A stretch of DNA of 64,000 bases. It comes from an uncultured Bdellovibrionales bacterium (lineage in GTDB: Bacteria; Patescibacteriota; Minisyncoccia; Moranbacterales; UBA1568). The notes under the pieces were generated by a model. The model did not search any database. It was not told the DNA's origin and was given only the letters and a program-made list of their open reading frames with translations. The stretch spans positions 12,454-76,453 of the forward strand of contig CAZUWR010000002.1 in the NCBI GenBank assembly GCA_964624415.1, in the 5' to 3' direction. This document shows positions 1-9,095 of the stretch, piece by piece (position 1 is the first letter of the stretch; each line of letters starts with the position of its first letter). The translations under genes were made by a program, and so were the position numbers.

Positions 1-108
1 ATCGCAAGACCATTGGCAGAACCGCCCTTTAAGTAAGACGAAATCCTGCGATTAAATTATTGGGTAAGTATTTACAGTATAACACCTATTCCCAACACAG
101 GGGTAAAT

Positions 109-1398
109 TTAATTAATTAATTCTTTAAGTAGCCCTAACGCTATGTTACTATACAGCCAAGATAGCTTATTTGGAATAATAAAGGTCTTACTCGGTCTTC
201 CAGGATCATCATTTTTTACTCTTATTTCTTCCAGTATGCCAAGCGCAACCATTTCTTTTGCAATCTTTAATGTATATGGCTTGGAATACCCTGATGCTTT
301 CATGAGAGCCTCTATTCCAATCTTTCCATTGTTTTTAATGGCTTCAAGCAAACAGATAGAACGGTTATTCGGCATCGAATCAATGGCTACTCTCAAAATA
401 ACGCCAATATCAGCCCAGTTTATTTTATCTCTCGCTTGGATAATCGCATGTCCGCGAGCAAGGTTATAAAGCCACTGATTTATGCGATCGGGCCGTTCAC
501 ACATCGAAGTTATTTGGTCACCTTGCTCTTGAGTGGTTCCGCGTGACATTGCAAGCATACTAGCTACGATACCAATTGATTCAAGTAATGTCTGGTCTTC
601 ATTTCCAGTTTCCCACTCAATGCCTTTAGGGTGGCTTTCCCAAAGTGTTTTTATAAAATCACCGGTAGCCTCCTTACATGAGCGCTCCTTTTCTCGAACT
701 GGGTTGCGTAATTGATTAGCAAGAGCGGTTGTTGTTTTTTCTGCTGAACGTATCTTTAAGAAGAACAACCGCTGACCAAGGTTCCCCATAGAGCGCCATA
801 CTGCGTTAGAAATCGGCGTAGACGCTCCAAGAAGCATAAAAGGGTATTCTCCTCTATACCCGCGTGATCCATGCACTCCACTGTTCGTTTCTAACCCGCG
901 ACCGTCCATTACCCGAGTTAGTATTCCAAGGAGCATATTGCGATCGTCCTCGCGTTTGGAAAAAACAGGAGCTAGATCGGGCAATATAAGTGTTCGATAC
1001 CGAATACGTGGCAGGAGATCTATTTTTCCCAATTCTGATTCTTTTTTCTTGGCAGAATGAGATACAAAGGAAGCTGGAGTAAAATTATCAACCTGAAGAG
1101 TAACCCCATCCAGATCTGAAAAAAACCCTAAAAGTGTCGTTTTTCCCGATGAAGGCACATCTACATATATAAGTCCGAATGGATTTTGAATATCTTTGAT
1201 TAATAGTTGCGCGATAACACTCAGTCCAATTTCTGTTGCAAGTGTAAGATCCGGAAAATTATCCACTAAAACACCTCGCCACTCATCAAATTGGATGGTT
1301 TTGGTTGGATGTAGCGGAGTGAAGCGGAGATTATTTTGAACTTCTTCAATTTGTTCTTTTTTCTTTGACAATGCTTTTGATAATGGCTTCATACTCAT
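109..1398 (-). CDS. P-loop AAA+ ATPase (MCM/primase-associated helicase-like) with C-terminal winged-helix, mobile element replication protein
   Basis: Walker A-like VPSSGKTT, Walker B-like LILPD, C-terminal GRPSKTF wHTH-like end; island context. Confidence 0.6.
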   Translation of the reverse strand: MSMKPLSKALSKKKEQIEEVQNNLRFTPLHPTKTIQFDEWRGVLVDNFPDLTLATEIGLSVIAQLLIKDIQNPFGLIYVDVPSSGKTTLLGFFSDLDGVTLQVDNFTPASFVSHSAKKKESELGKIDLLPRIRYRTLILPDLAPVFSKREDDRNMLLGILTRVMDGRGLETNSGVHGSRGYRGEYPFMLLGASTPISNAVWRSMGNLGQRLFFLKIRSAEKTTTALANQLRNPVREKERSCKEATGDFIKTLWESHPKGIEWETGNEDQTLLESIGIVASMLAMSRGTTQEQGDQITSMCERPDRINQWLYNLARGHAIIQARDKINWADIGVILRVAIDSMPNNRSICLLEAIKNNGKIGIEALMKASGYSKPYTLKIAKEMVALGILEEIRVKNDDPGRPSKTFIIPNKLSWLYSNIALGLLKELIN

Positions 1399-1428
1399 AT
1401 ATTAATAGTTGTAGGAATTAATTTAAGA

Positions 1429-1572
1429 CTACTTTTTAATAGGCTTATAGATGGCGCGCACCAAATTTAATAGCTCCAAAGCACTCTCAAGAGCGACCTC
1501 AGGAGAAAGTTCTTCTCCAAGTTCATCTTTGACTAGTTCAATATACTCTTGTACCTGTGTTTCAGATAACAT
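1429..1572 (-). CDS. 47-aa small protein (MLSETQVQEYIELVKDELGEELSPEVALESALELLNLVRAIYKPIKK), not in ORF track
   Basis: ATG at 1572, TAG at 1429-1431; fills the gap between two co-oriented genes; resembles small proteins of CPR mobile elements (from memory). Confidence 0.7.
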   Translation of the reverse strand: MLSETQVQEYIELVKDELGEELSPEVALESALELLNLVRAIYKPIKK

Positions 1573-1576
1573 TGAT

Positions 1577-1822
1577 TTAGATATAAATCCGTGATTTTAA
1601 GTCTTTTTGAATAGCGATAAAACGCTTAGGCTCTACTAAGAGGTGCTCATCAAAAAATTGTTCGACGGTTTTACTTGATTCTTCTGTTTGAGAGAGCACA
1701 AAAACACATCTACGCGGCTCTCGTCGATCTATTTCAATTAATTGATGCCCAAAATACAGCAACACCGCGCACACGTTAAAATCACTTGTTCTCTGCATCA
1801 CCGCTTCTTCATGTATACTCAT
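1577..1822 (-). CDS. DUF5659-like small protein
   Basis: TSDFNVCAVLLYFG...IDRREPRRCVF...VEPKRF...DLKSRIY pattern. Confidence 0.6.
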   Translation of the reverse strand: MSIHEEAVMQRTSDFNVCAVLLYFGHQLIEIDRREPRRCVFVLSQTEESSKTVEQFFDEHLLVEPKRFIAIQKDLKSRIYI

Positions 1823-1830
1823 AAAATAAA

Positions 1831-1853
1831 AACTTACGAATTAATCGTAAGTT
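1831..1853. promoter_or_regulatory. 9-bp perfect inverted repeat (operator or leader hairpin) upstream of DUF5659-like gene
   Basis: AACTTACGA-attaa-TCGTAAGTT. Confidence 0.45.
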
Positions 1854-1899
1854 CATTATAAGGACAATGTATTTTCAAAAAGTGACAACTTAGACCCCT

Positions 1900-2625
1900 T
1901 TATTTTGTCACCGTATTTTTGAGCCTTCTTCTCTTTTGTTTAAGTAAATCGGCAGACTTTTTATCCAAAATGCCCATCTCTTCGTATGATATGTGATCAA
2001 TGTTTTTGTCGCTAAGGTCATTATTAACCACACTCATCGTAATTTTATCGCTACACCCCTCATTAATCTTAACCGCCATTGCGTATTTCCATGGCGCTAA
2101 ATCCTTAATATCTTGCCTTGAGTGAAGTGTTGACTTCGCTTTTCCAAACAGCCTCTCTCTATCACTCTTATGGCACCGCCAAGCAAAAATAAGATCATCA
2201 AGAGTCGTGTTTTTATGAACCTCAAACGTAATGGTTTTTTCTTCTTCATTCACTTGAGCATGCGCATTGAACCGAACCGGTATCAAAACTCCGGTTAAAA
2301 CAAACCTTGTTAAAATAGGGTGCCATTCTTTTCCAAGTCCAAATGCTTTTTTCACCTGGTTTGTTTCTCTGAACAATGCAAGGAATGCTTCTGGATTAGC
2401 TTTCTCAAAGGATTTTGATTGTTGAATGGCCTCCTGCTCGATATTTTGAAACTCTTTTGGATGCTCATGCGCAACTATAGTTTCTCTATCCGATATCCCA
2501 TATTTCTTCCTCAAAGGAATAACATACGACATCAGATCTACCAATCTAGTCGCCACCAAAGCTTCCAAAAGGTAAATGGCATTCAAAACAACTTTTTCAT
2601 TATATACATCCATCTTCATTTTCAT
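1900..2625 (-). CDS. hypothetical protein
   Basis: 241-aa ORF co-oriented with the replication module; no recognised motif. Confidence 0.65.
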   Translation of the reverse strand: MKMKMDVYNEKVVLNAIYLLEALVATRLVDLMSYVIPLRKKYGISDRETIVAHEHPKEFQNIEQEAIQQSKSFEKANPEAFLALFRETNQVKKAFGLGKEWHPILTRFVLTGVLIPVRFNAHAQVNEEEKTITFEVHKNTTLDDLIFAWRCHKSDRERLFGKAKSTLHSRQDIKDLAPWKYAMAVKINEGCSDKITMSVVNNDLSDKNIDHISYEEMGILDKKSADLLKQKRRRLKNTVTK

Positions 2626-2685
2626 TAATTTCCTCTATTATACCTTATTATTGATTTTAAGCAGGAAATGGTATACATTTAAGGT

Positions 2686-2878
2686 GGACTCACATTTACA
2701 ATTTTATCCTAATACTAGGCTTTTTTGCCTATTTTCATACCCATTTGTGTTTTGTAGCGGGCGCCTCCGATGCACGCAAATGGGAAAACCTTTAGGTAAT
2801 TCTGTAAGTGTGAGTCCCGTCGGGGCGTCCACTTTAGGTGAATAGACTACGCTTCGACGACTTAATCTTTAAGTCGTT
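2686..2878 (+). ncRNA. structured 5' leader / candidate cis-regulatory RNA
   Basis: TTGATT-17-TACATT promoter at 2651-2679; complementary pairs 2686-2700/2803-2817, 2740-2750/2774-2784, 2759-2772/2818-2830; hairpins 2716-2731 and 2858-2878. Confidence 0.5.
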
Positions 2879-2881
2879 TTT

Positions 2882-4180
2882 ATGTTAAAGAGAATAGTAA
2901 TTATTTCATTGTTTTTATTTTTTCCTCTATCCTCCTATGCCTCTGATAATAGGCTTTTAGATGGGTTTGATAAATGGGAAGCGGAGCAGAATAAAAAAGT
3001 AACAGTAATCCAACCTAGCAATGTTGAACAAAATAGTGTACAGCCCATACTGTATAGGAATGATGATTATAAATTCAGAATAAAATTCCCAGATGGATGG
3101 GAAATGAAGGATGGTGATGGACAGCATGTGGTTAAAAAGGCTGTAAAAGATAATAGCACCATCCTTATCCTTGTGAGGGAGTTTTCGGATTTCTTAGGTG
3201 ATGCTGGAAAAGACTCATTATCGCCGAAGGACATATCTGATCTTAATTCTGCCGAGTCCAACGATCTTTCTGATGAAGAAATCAATGTATTTCTAGAATC
3301 AATAGCAACCGGACAGCTCGAGGCTTTTCCTGGAAGCACCGTTCTAGAAAAAGGTATCCGCTATATTGATAATAGAAAGGCGGTTTACGTCAAGACGAAT
3401 CAGGTGTATAAGGTGCAAAATATGCAAGTAGAAGGTGTCTCGATAAACTATTTTACTCTCCATAAAGGAAAACTCTATCAAATTGGAGGATTTTATCCAA
3501 CAATACCCATAAATGAAACAGCTAAAGAAAGCATCATAAATACATCATTATCAACTTTTGTCTTTGAGAATTGGGATGATACAAAAAATGCTGTAAATGA
3601 AATAACATCCAATTCTGCTAATGAGGCACTTGGAGATTCGTATGGTAAAAACCTGAATGGGTTAGGGTTATCATTAACTATCATTTTAAGCATTCTTTTC
3701 ACTTGGGGATTGGGATTAATTATCCCTCTATTATTGCGATTTGTTTTTCTAAAAAGGCATCTTTCTGTTGAAATGGCATTATCTGTAGTTGCAGCCGTTT
3801 ACTTTATTCAATTAATAGGTTCTCTTGCGTTGGATAGCAAAAGTAAAAGCCATAGCGCATTACTTTTAGTTGCTTTTATATCCTATAGAATCATGAGGAA
3901 AGGCTCTATAGATAAGGAATCATCAAGAGAAATCCCTCATCCAAAAGTTGAATCCATAAAATATACCGCTAATAAAGAGCTGAGTTTATGGCATTCAAGA
4001 CTTGCGAATGTTATTTTAGTGCTTGTTGTACCAGTAGGCTGGATAGCATTTTTTGTTAGTGATGGGGGTGAATCTCGATATATTCCAATACTACCGCTGC
4101 TTATCGCATTGTCTGATCTCGCTGTATGGATTTTGTATAAAGCTATTCTTTACGTTATTTACGGATATCAAAAAAGGTAG
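2882..4180 (+). CDS. exported/membrane protein, PsbP-like extracytoplasmic domain plus C-terminal TM helices
   Basis: N-terminal signal peptide; YKFRIKFPDGWE motif; several hydrophobic C-terminal segments. Confidence 0.65.
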   Translation: MLKRIVIISLFLFFPLSSYASDNRLLDGFDKWEAEQNKKVTVIQPSNVEQNSVQPILYRNDDYKFRIKFPDGWEMKDGDGQHVVKKAVKDNSTILILVREFSDFLGDAGKDSLSPKDISDLNSAESNDLSDEEINVFLESIATGQLEAFPGSTVLEKGIRYIDNRKAVYVKTNQVYKVQNMQVEGVSINYFTLHKGKLYQIGGFYPTIPINETAKESIINTSLSTFVFENWDDTKNAVNEITSNSANEALGDSYGKNLNGLGLSLTIILSILFTWGLGLIIPLLLRFVFLKRHLSVEMALSVVAAVYFIQLIGSLALDSKSKSHSALLLVAFISYRIMRKGSIDKESSREIPHPKVESIKYTANKELSLWHSRLANVILVLVVPVGWIAFFVSDGGESRYIPILPLLIALSDLAVWILYKAILYVIYGYQKR

Positions 4181-4232
4181 TTTTAAAAAATGCTAATGCT
4201 AGCATGCTTAATTTTATTAAATCTACAATGAT

Positions 4233-4832
4233 ATGTTCGGTATTTTTCTGCAAAAAAACAAAGTGGTGTTACTTACGGCTATCATAGCATCCGTAATAAC
4301 CGCAGGCGCTTCATTGAGCTATGCCGCTATAAAGAACAAGAAAGAGGCTTCTGATCGAAAAATTGAAGCGCTACAGAAATCAATAGAGGACTTACAGATG
4401 AAAAATGAGCAATCTGCTAAGGCTGAAGAGCCTGAAAAGATAAGTATTGAAGCTGTTCAGCAAGCCGAAACATCCGAGATTGCTAGTCAAAAGAAAGTAA
4501 CTGGCAACAAAATTCTGGAATCCACCTCAGAAAAAACTCAACCAAAAGATACTGTTAAAGACGAACCGCTCGTAAAGTGCCTCTCTTATGATGGTAGCGT
4601 AGCTGAATTGAGCGCAAATGATTGTGAAATATTGAAGCAATCTAATGCAGTATTCGAAAAGATTGTAGATGAATACAAAAAATGCGTTTCTGACGCGGAA
4701 AACAGATTCCAGGATCGCCTAAACACGGGGTATGATTCATCAATGGTTACTGCTTACAATAAAACAGCGCAAGCATGTGCACTTGAAAGGAATAACCAAG
4801 TCAACAAATTTCAAAAAAACTTTAAAAAATAA
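4233..4832 (+). CDS. hypothetical membrane-anchored protein
   Basis: N-terminal TM/signal, coiled coil, Cys pairs near C-terminus. Confidence 0.65.
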   Translation: MFGIFLQKNKVVLLTAIIASVITAGASLSYAAIKNKKEASDRKIEALQKSIEDLQMKNEQSAKAEEPEKISIEAVQQAETSEIASQKKVTGNKILESTSEKTQPKDTVKDEPLVKCLSYDGSVAELSANDCEILKQSNAVFEKIVDEYKKCVSDAENRFQDRLNTGYDSSMVTAYNKTAQACALERNNQVNKFQKNFKK

Positions 4833-4861
4833 TAAAACAACCGGTCTGGTATGCGCACAGT

Positions 4862-4882
4862 ATCCAACCAGAACCAGCCAAT
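4862..4882 (-). repeat. terminase-derived 21-bp motif, copy 1 (ATT GGC TGG TTC TGG TTG GAT = IGWFWLD)
   Basis: matches copies at 8793, 8946, 11042. Confidence 0.7.
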
Positions 4883-4927
4883 ATGTATCCAATCACAACT
4901 AGTTAATGCTCATCAAGCTTACACCAT

Positions 4928-7900
4928 TCAATCCCAACGAAAATCGCGTATATCTGTATCAATATCCTCACGCTTGGCATCGCTTTCATAATTTTCCGCC
5001 ATTTTTCGAAGCATTCTCGCGGCACGAGGCCACTTCACTTTCAGAGCATCACCCATTTTTTTGTACTTCTCTGCCAGAGCTCTTTCTTGCTCTCCTCCGG
5101 CATCCAGGGATCGCGAAACCACTCCTCGGCTATTGAACAAGCCGGTTTGAATATGACTCTCTATGACTTCGCTTTTAAGTTTCTCAAGGAGATCCCTCAC
5201 AGCCTCATGAGGCCAGTGTCCGTCACTGCCAATGGGAGCGTTGGCAAGCATAAGACCAATTTGAATATCTCCCCCGGTCACATACTTTTTTGAAGCACAT
5301 TCTTCTCTTGCTGCCTCAATCCACTTCGAGAATTCTTTTTCGTTGAAAGATCCGTCCTTTTGGACTCCCGGAACAAGGTGCCAGGAATAGAGTACCTCCC
5401 GGGCGTTCTTCGCCAAAAAAGGAGAGGTCTCCCTCTTTTTCTTCGTTGGACTGGAAATTTGATCATCTTGCTTATAGACATAAGAAATAAGCTCAACAAA
5501 GAATAAATAGTCTTTTTGGAGGAGGCGATGAACAGCTAATGATGAACCGTGTTTTTCAAAACTATGGAAAAATGCTGCAAAAGGCCACTCTAACTTCATT
5601 ATTTCCTCCAGAGAAAGCTCATCTCTCTCCTGGAGCTGTCTAAATATATTTCCAAGATGATACTCATCCAAGGAGCCTCTTCTAAAATCCTTATGTTTAG
5701 AATCAACCAGTAAGACATCCTGCAGTAATCGCTGGAGCAGAGTACTTGGCAGAGATATTCTATGATCGCCGGCTATAGAGAGCGCGGAAAAGGGTCTTTT
5801 GGCGTCGAGGAGTTTTTCAACTGCAAAAGCCGTGTCTTCGATACTATCACCCTGAAAATATCCCGTAGCGTGATCCCAGTACGCGGCTTCTACTTCACTA
5901 CCACGAGCACCCACAAGAGACCACGTGGCTCTGCTTGAAGGTAAGCCTGAGTACAACAGCGCCTCGCGATCTGCAGTGTAGTTCCCTTTGGCCTTTATTC
6001 TTTTGGCCTGCTTCTCGATCCATTTTTGATCAGTGGCTTGTATTCTCCCTTGGGCATAACTTTCAAGCAGCATCGGATGTTTATTGGAGACACCGAGTAT
6101 TGCGTCCAGGACAGCACTGTCTTCTTTTTCATCTCGGATGATTTTTCCAAGTGCCTGCCCGAAAACACCCTGATATGAAATTTCACAGGCGTATTTGATG
6201 ATCTTTTTCAGCGTAACCTTATCCAAAATCTCACGCATTGCTTTCTCTCTGGCTTTGGTGATCGCCACGGTTTTTTCATCGTATTCCTTTGAATCTCCCT
6301 CTGGCAGTTCTGGCCAGGGATTATTTACTAGCCACCCCAGTCTTTCTAATGTATCTTTCGGGGTAATTTTTTCCAGTACTCGATTCAGTGCAGGAAGAAA
6401 CTTTTTTATTTCTCCATCGCCGTAGGTGTTGATCCAGTGCAGCGTGTCCCGGGTATTTTTAAAAAGCTCCGAAACTTTCTCTTTTGGAAGACTTTTGAGG
6501 CTTTCTTTTTCAATTACCTCCAGAAGATGTTCTCGTATTTCTATGGGAAGTCGGATAAAGTCATCCATCGAAGTTGCCAAGTTTTCCTCCGCAGATGCAA
6601 CATCAATCATTCGCGGGAATAAACCTTTGCTATATTCCTGGTCTTCTGCTCCATTTTCTCGCTCAAGCCCGCGTCTTGGATTGCCGGTCTCTCGCCACCG
6701 GAAGCGGTGTGATTCACTGAAGCTTTCGGGACTGAAATAGCCTTTAGCAAAATCCCAAGTTAACTTCGGGTTCTGTGATACAAGTTTTTCAAATACCCCA
6801 ATTCGCTCTTGGGGCGTGGAACAAGTTTGTGGATATGCTGGCCGGAAAATATCCTTCAGGCTATTCAGAGGCCGATTACTATAACCTCTGCCCTGATCAA
6901 TCTGAGCCAGCTTTAAAAGGATGTCTGCAGAATCCCCTAAATACTCTGAGTCCCAAGCTGTGGATTCAAGAGCCCAAAGCAATCCTGAATGCTTACACTC
7001 GCCGAAAATACCACCTTCGTCCTTCATTAATTCTTTAAATACATCTGGTCGAGTTTCTATAGCCCTCGCCAGACCCTGCAGAAAAGCGTCCGGAGCCGCC
7101 TCAGCGAGAAGGGGGGTCATATCTGAGAGTGACGCCCAGACCTCCCAAGTACTGGCTCTGGTTAAAACTTCCTCTACGATTCTATCGGCGAATGCCTGTG
7201 AGGAGGAGATATGAGGGCAATGATCACTGTGAACTGCTAAGAGTACAAGAGATTCGACCAGTCCGGTTTGTATCCACCCAGAATACGGGCTGACTTTTCC
7301 ATACACAGCTGCAGCCCAACGCTTCTCTACTGCTAGACGGTACTTCGGATCAGTCTTGGTAAGTATCGAAAGAAGGGACGTCTTAAAAAGTTTCAGAAAG
7401 CTTTCGCTAAGATGCGAAGCAAGAAGTTCCCAGGTATCGAGCGGTGCTTTAATCATCCATACGCTTCCCGATTTTCTGATAGGCGTGTCATCCACCCTAA
7501 GAAGCTTTTCTAGTTTCTTGGAATATTCCTCATATTTTAATCCAGAAAGAGTTTCCAATATACGACGATCTCCCTCCTTGTTTTCATCCCAAGAGCCCGC
7601 GAACAATGCAGGAAAGAGAAGATCTGTTTTATCGGGAGCTGCCCACGCAGGTTGGCTTGCGCTTGTGGAAGAAAGCTGGCGATGAAGAACCGGGATGCTT
7701 CGTCCAAAATCTCTGGCCAGTTTCTGAGACTGCACTCCAGACACTCCGTTTTCTAAAAACTTCTTTTCTATTACGTTCCGTTTTGGCCGTGAAAGCCTTA
7801 TTACTTTGCCGTGCAGATCAATTGATTGTGCGTCTGCTGTTAGGAAGACGTGATGGCCATTCTTAACGGCGAGATCAGCAGCGTTTCTACAATCAGCAGG

Positions 7901-8707
7901 CGCGACAATTATGAGATTTTTAAAGTTCGCACTACAGTCTTTAAATTGTTGAATATTTTCTACTACTACACATCGAGAAAATGCTCGAAGTTTGTCTGTT
8001 TCAGAAAGCTCAGTAAGAGCAGCGTACAAAAATGCGCTAGGCTCTTCTGGAGAATCCCCCTGCACTTCTAACAACTCAGGAATACCCACTACCCATTGAT
8101 GGATACGGGCAACTTCGATTGCTCGACCACCAATTACAACGGCCGGGGCGATTTCCGGACTGGTTCCTGCTGCCCACTCTTCCCAGAAACCTTCAATGTC
8201 CTGAATGCCTCCAGAGAGCCCTTTAATTTGGCGAGCTAGCCACAGAGCTACTGCGGGTGTAGCTGAAAGCCAAGACACAAGCTTATCAACAGCAATAACT
8301 TTCACATCAGCCCACTCATAAGTAGCCTTCTTCTTGGCTTCCCAGTTCGTCCTGTCTTTCCAGGGGCGTGGAGTAACAAAAATGAAAGTCGTACTTTGAG
8401 GATCTATCCCCAATGGATTTTTTGTCCGTTTCGTGTAATCATCCTCAGCCTTTTTCCCTGGATTAGCTCCCGTCCCGATTTCCCAGACCGACTCTCCTGC
8501 AGGAAAAAAGCGCGAGCCAGAAGAGGATCGCAGATGGCCATCCCAGCCTCCGATTGCCGTGTTGTCACCACTCGGGAAGTCTATCTCTTCGATAGATGCT
8601 GAGCTGGCCAATATCAAACGACTAAGAAGCTGAGGCAGAGTAGTCTCGCAGTCTTTTTTCTTCCCTGTCAGCCAGGTTTTTATGTCACCAGAATCTATCC
8701 AAATCAT
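4928..8707 (-). CDS. 1259-aa putative defence protein: N-terminal PD-(D/E)XK-like nuclease region, degenerate NTPase-like region, helical C-terminus
   Basis: GWDG...WEIGT...KKAEDDYTKR N-terminal motif; long alpha-helical body; island context. Confidence 0.55.
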   Translation of the reverse strand: MIWIDSGDIKTWLTGKKKDCETTLPQLLSRLILASSASIEEIDFPSGDNTAIGGWDGHLRSSSGSRFFPAGESVWEIGTGANPGKKAEDDYTKRTKNPLGIDPQSTTFIFVTPRPWKDRTNWEAKKKATYEWADVKVIAVDKLVSWLSATPAVALWLARQIKGLSGGIQDIEGFWEEWAAGTSPEIAPAVVIGGRAIEVARIHQWVVGIPELLEVQGDSPEEPSAFLYAALTELSETDKLRAFSRCVVVENIQQFKDCSANFKNLIIVAPADCRNAADLAVKNGHHVFLTADAQSIDLHGKVIRLSRPKRNVIEKKFLENGVSGVQSQKLARDFGRSIPVLHRQLSSTSASQPAWAAPDKTDLLFPALFAGSWDENKEGDRRILETLSGLKYEEYSKKLEKLLRVDDTPIRKSGSVWMIKAPLDTWELLASHLSESFLKLFKTSLLSILTKTDPKYRLAVEKRWAAAVYGKVSPYSGWIQTGLVESLVLLAVHSDHCPHISSSQAFADRIVEEVLTRASTWEVWASLSDMTPLLAEAAPDAFLQGLARAIETRPDVFKELMKDEGGIFGECKHSGLLWALESTAWDSEYLGDSADILLKLAQIDQGRGYSNRPLNSLKDIFRPAYPQTCSTPQERIGVFEKLVSQNPKLTWDFAKGYFSPESFSESHRFRWRETGNPRRGLERENGAEDQEYSKGLFPRMIDVASAEENLATSMDDFIRLPIEIREHLLEVIEKESLKSLPKEKVSELFKNTRDTLHWINTYGDGEIKKFLPALNRVLEKITPKDTLERLGWLVNNPWPELPEGDSKEYDEKTVAITKAREKAMREILDKVTLKKIIKYACEISYQGVFGQALGKIIRDEKEDSAVLDAILGVSNKHPMLLESYAQGRIQATDQKWIEKQAKRIKAKGNYTADREALLYSGLPSSRATWSLVGARGSEVEAAYWDHATGYFQGDSIEDTAFAVEKLLDAKRPFSALSIAGDHRISLPSTLLQRLLQDVLLVDSKHKDFRRGSLDEYHLGNIFRQLQERDELSLEEIMKLEWPFAAFFHSFEKHGSSLAVHRLLQKDYLFFVELISYVYKQDDQISSPTKKKRETSPFLAKNAREVLYSWHLVPGVQKDGSFNEKEFSKWIEAAREECASKKYVTGGDIQIGLMLANAPIGSDGHWPHEAVRDLLEKLKSEVIESHIQTGLFNSRGVVSRSLDAGGEQERALAEKYKKMGDALKVKWPRAARMLRKMAENYESDAKREDIDTDIRDFRWD

Positions 8708-8741
8708 AATCTTTTTCTTTTAAAGATACCTCTTTCCACGT

Positions 8742-8942
8742 TTAAGTAATTATCCTAAGGAAAGAACTATGTGTCAAAATTGCCTTATGCTCATCAAACC
8801 AGAACCAACCGATCTCCAAAGACTTCAACTTTTCTATATCATCCAAACCCCAAAAGTATATTTCATGCCCATTGATCATAGTGAGAAGGTATTTGATCTC
8901 TTTTACTGAAATATAAAGCAAAAAGATGGTTTGAATTTGCAT
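8742..8942 (-). pseudogene. fragment of phage terminase large subunit (PBSX-like ATPase, Walker B region)
   Basis: NGHEIYFWGLDDIEKLKSLEIGWFWFDE; truncated on both sides. Confidence 0.7.
8793..8813 (-). repeat. terminase-derived 21-bp motif, copy 2 (ATC GGT TGG TTC TGG TTT GAT)
   Basis: in-frame within the terminase fragment. Confidence 0.75.
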
Positions 8943-9048
8943 ATCATCGAACCAGAACTAACCTACTTCTCATTAATTAATTAACAAATTCAACCCCTAT
9001 GCAATACCCCCCAGTAAAATGGTTCGAACTTCATTGACCATCGAGATC
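8941..9048. repeat. imperfect direct repeat A flanking the RT cassette (contains motif copy 3 at 8946-8966)
   Basis: aligns by eye with 11037-11158: atatcatcgaacca...attaattaa...cccct...gttcgaacttc(a/g)ttgac...cgag. Confidence 0.8.
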
Positions 9049-9095
9049 CAAGAATGGAAACGGTCTCGAAAGAAGCTATTTTTGTTTTATTTAAG

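Noticed and set aside
4845-8795. XerC-arm-like sequences (TGTGCGCATAC, GATGAGCATAA) next to motif copies 1 and 2, considered as pdif-type sites
   Set aside because: No credible XerD arm at 6-bp spacing, and absent at copies 3 and 4
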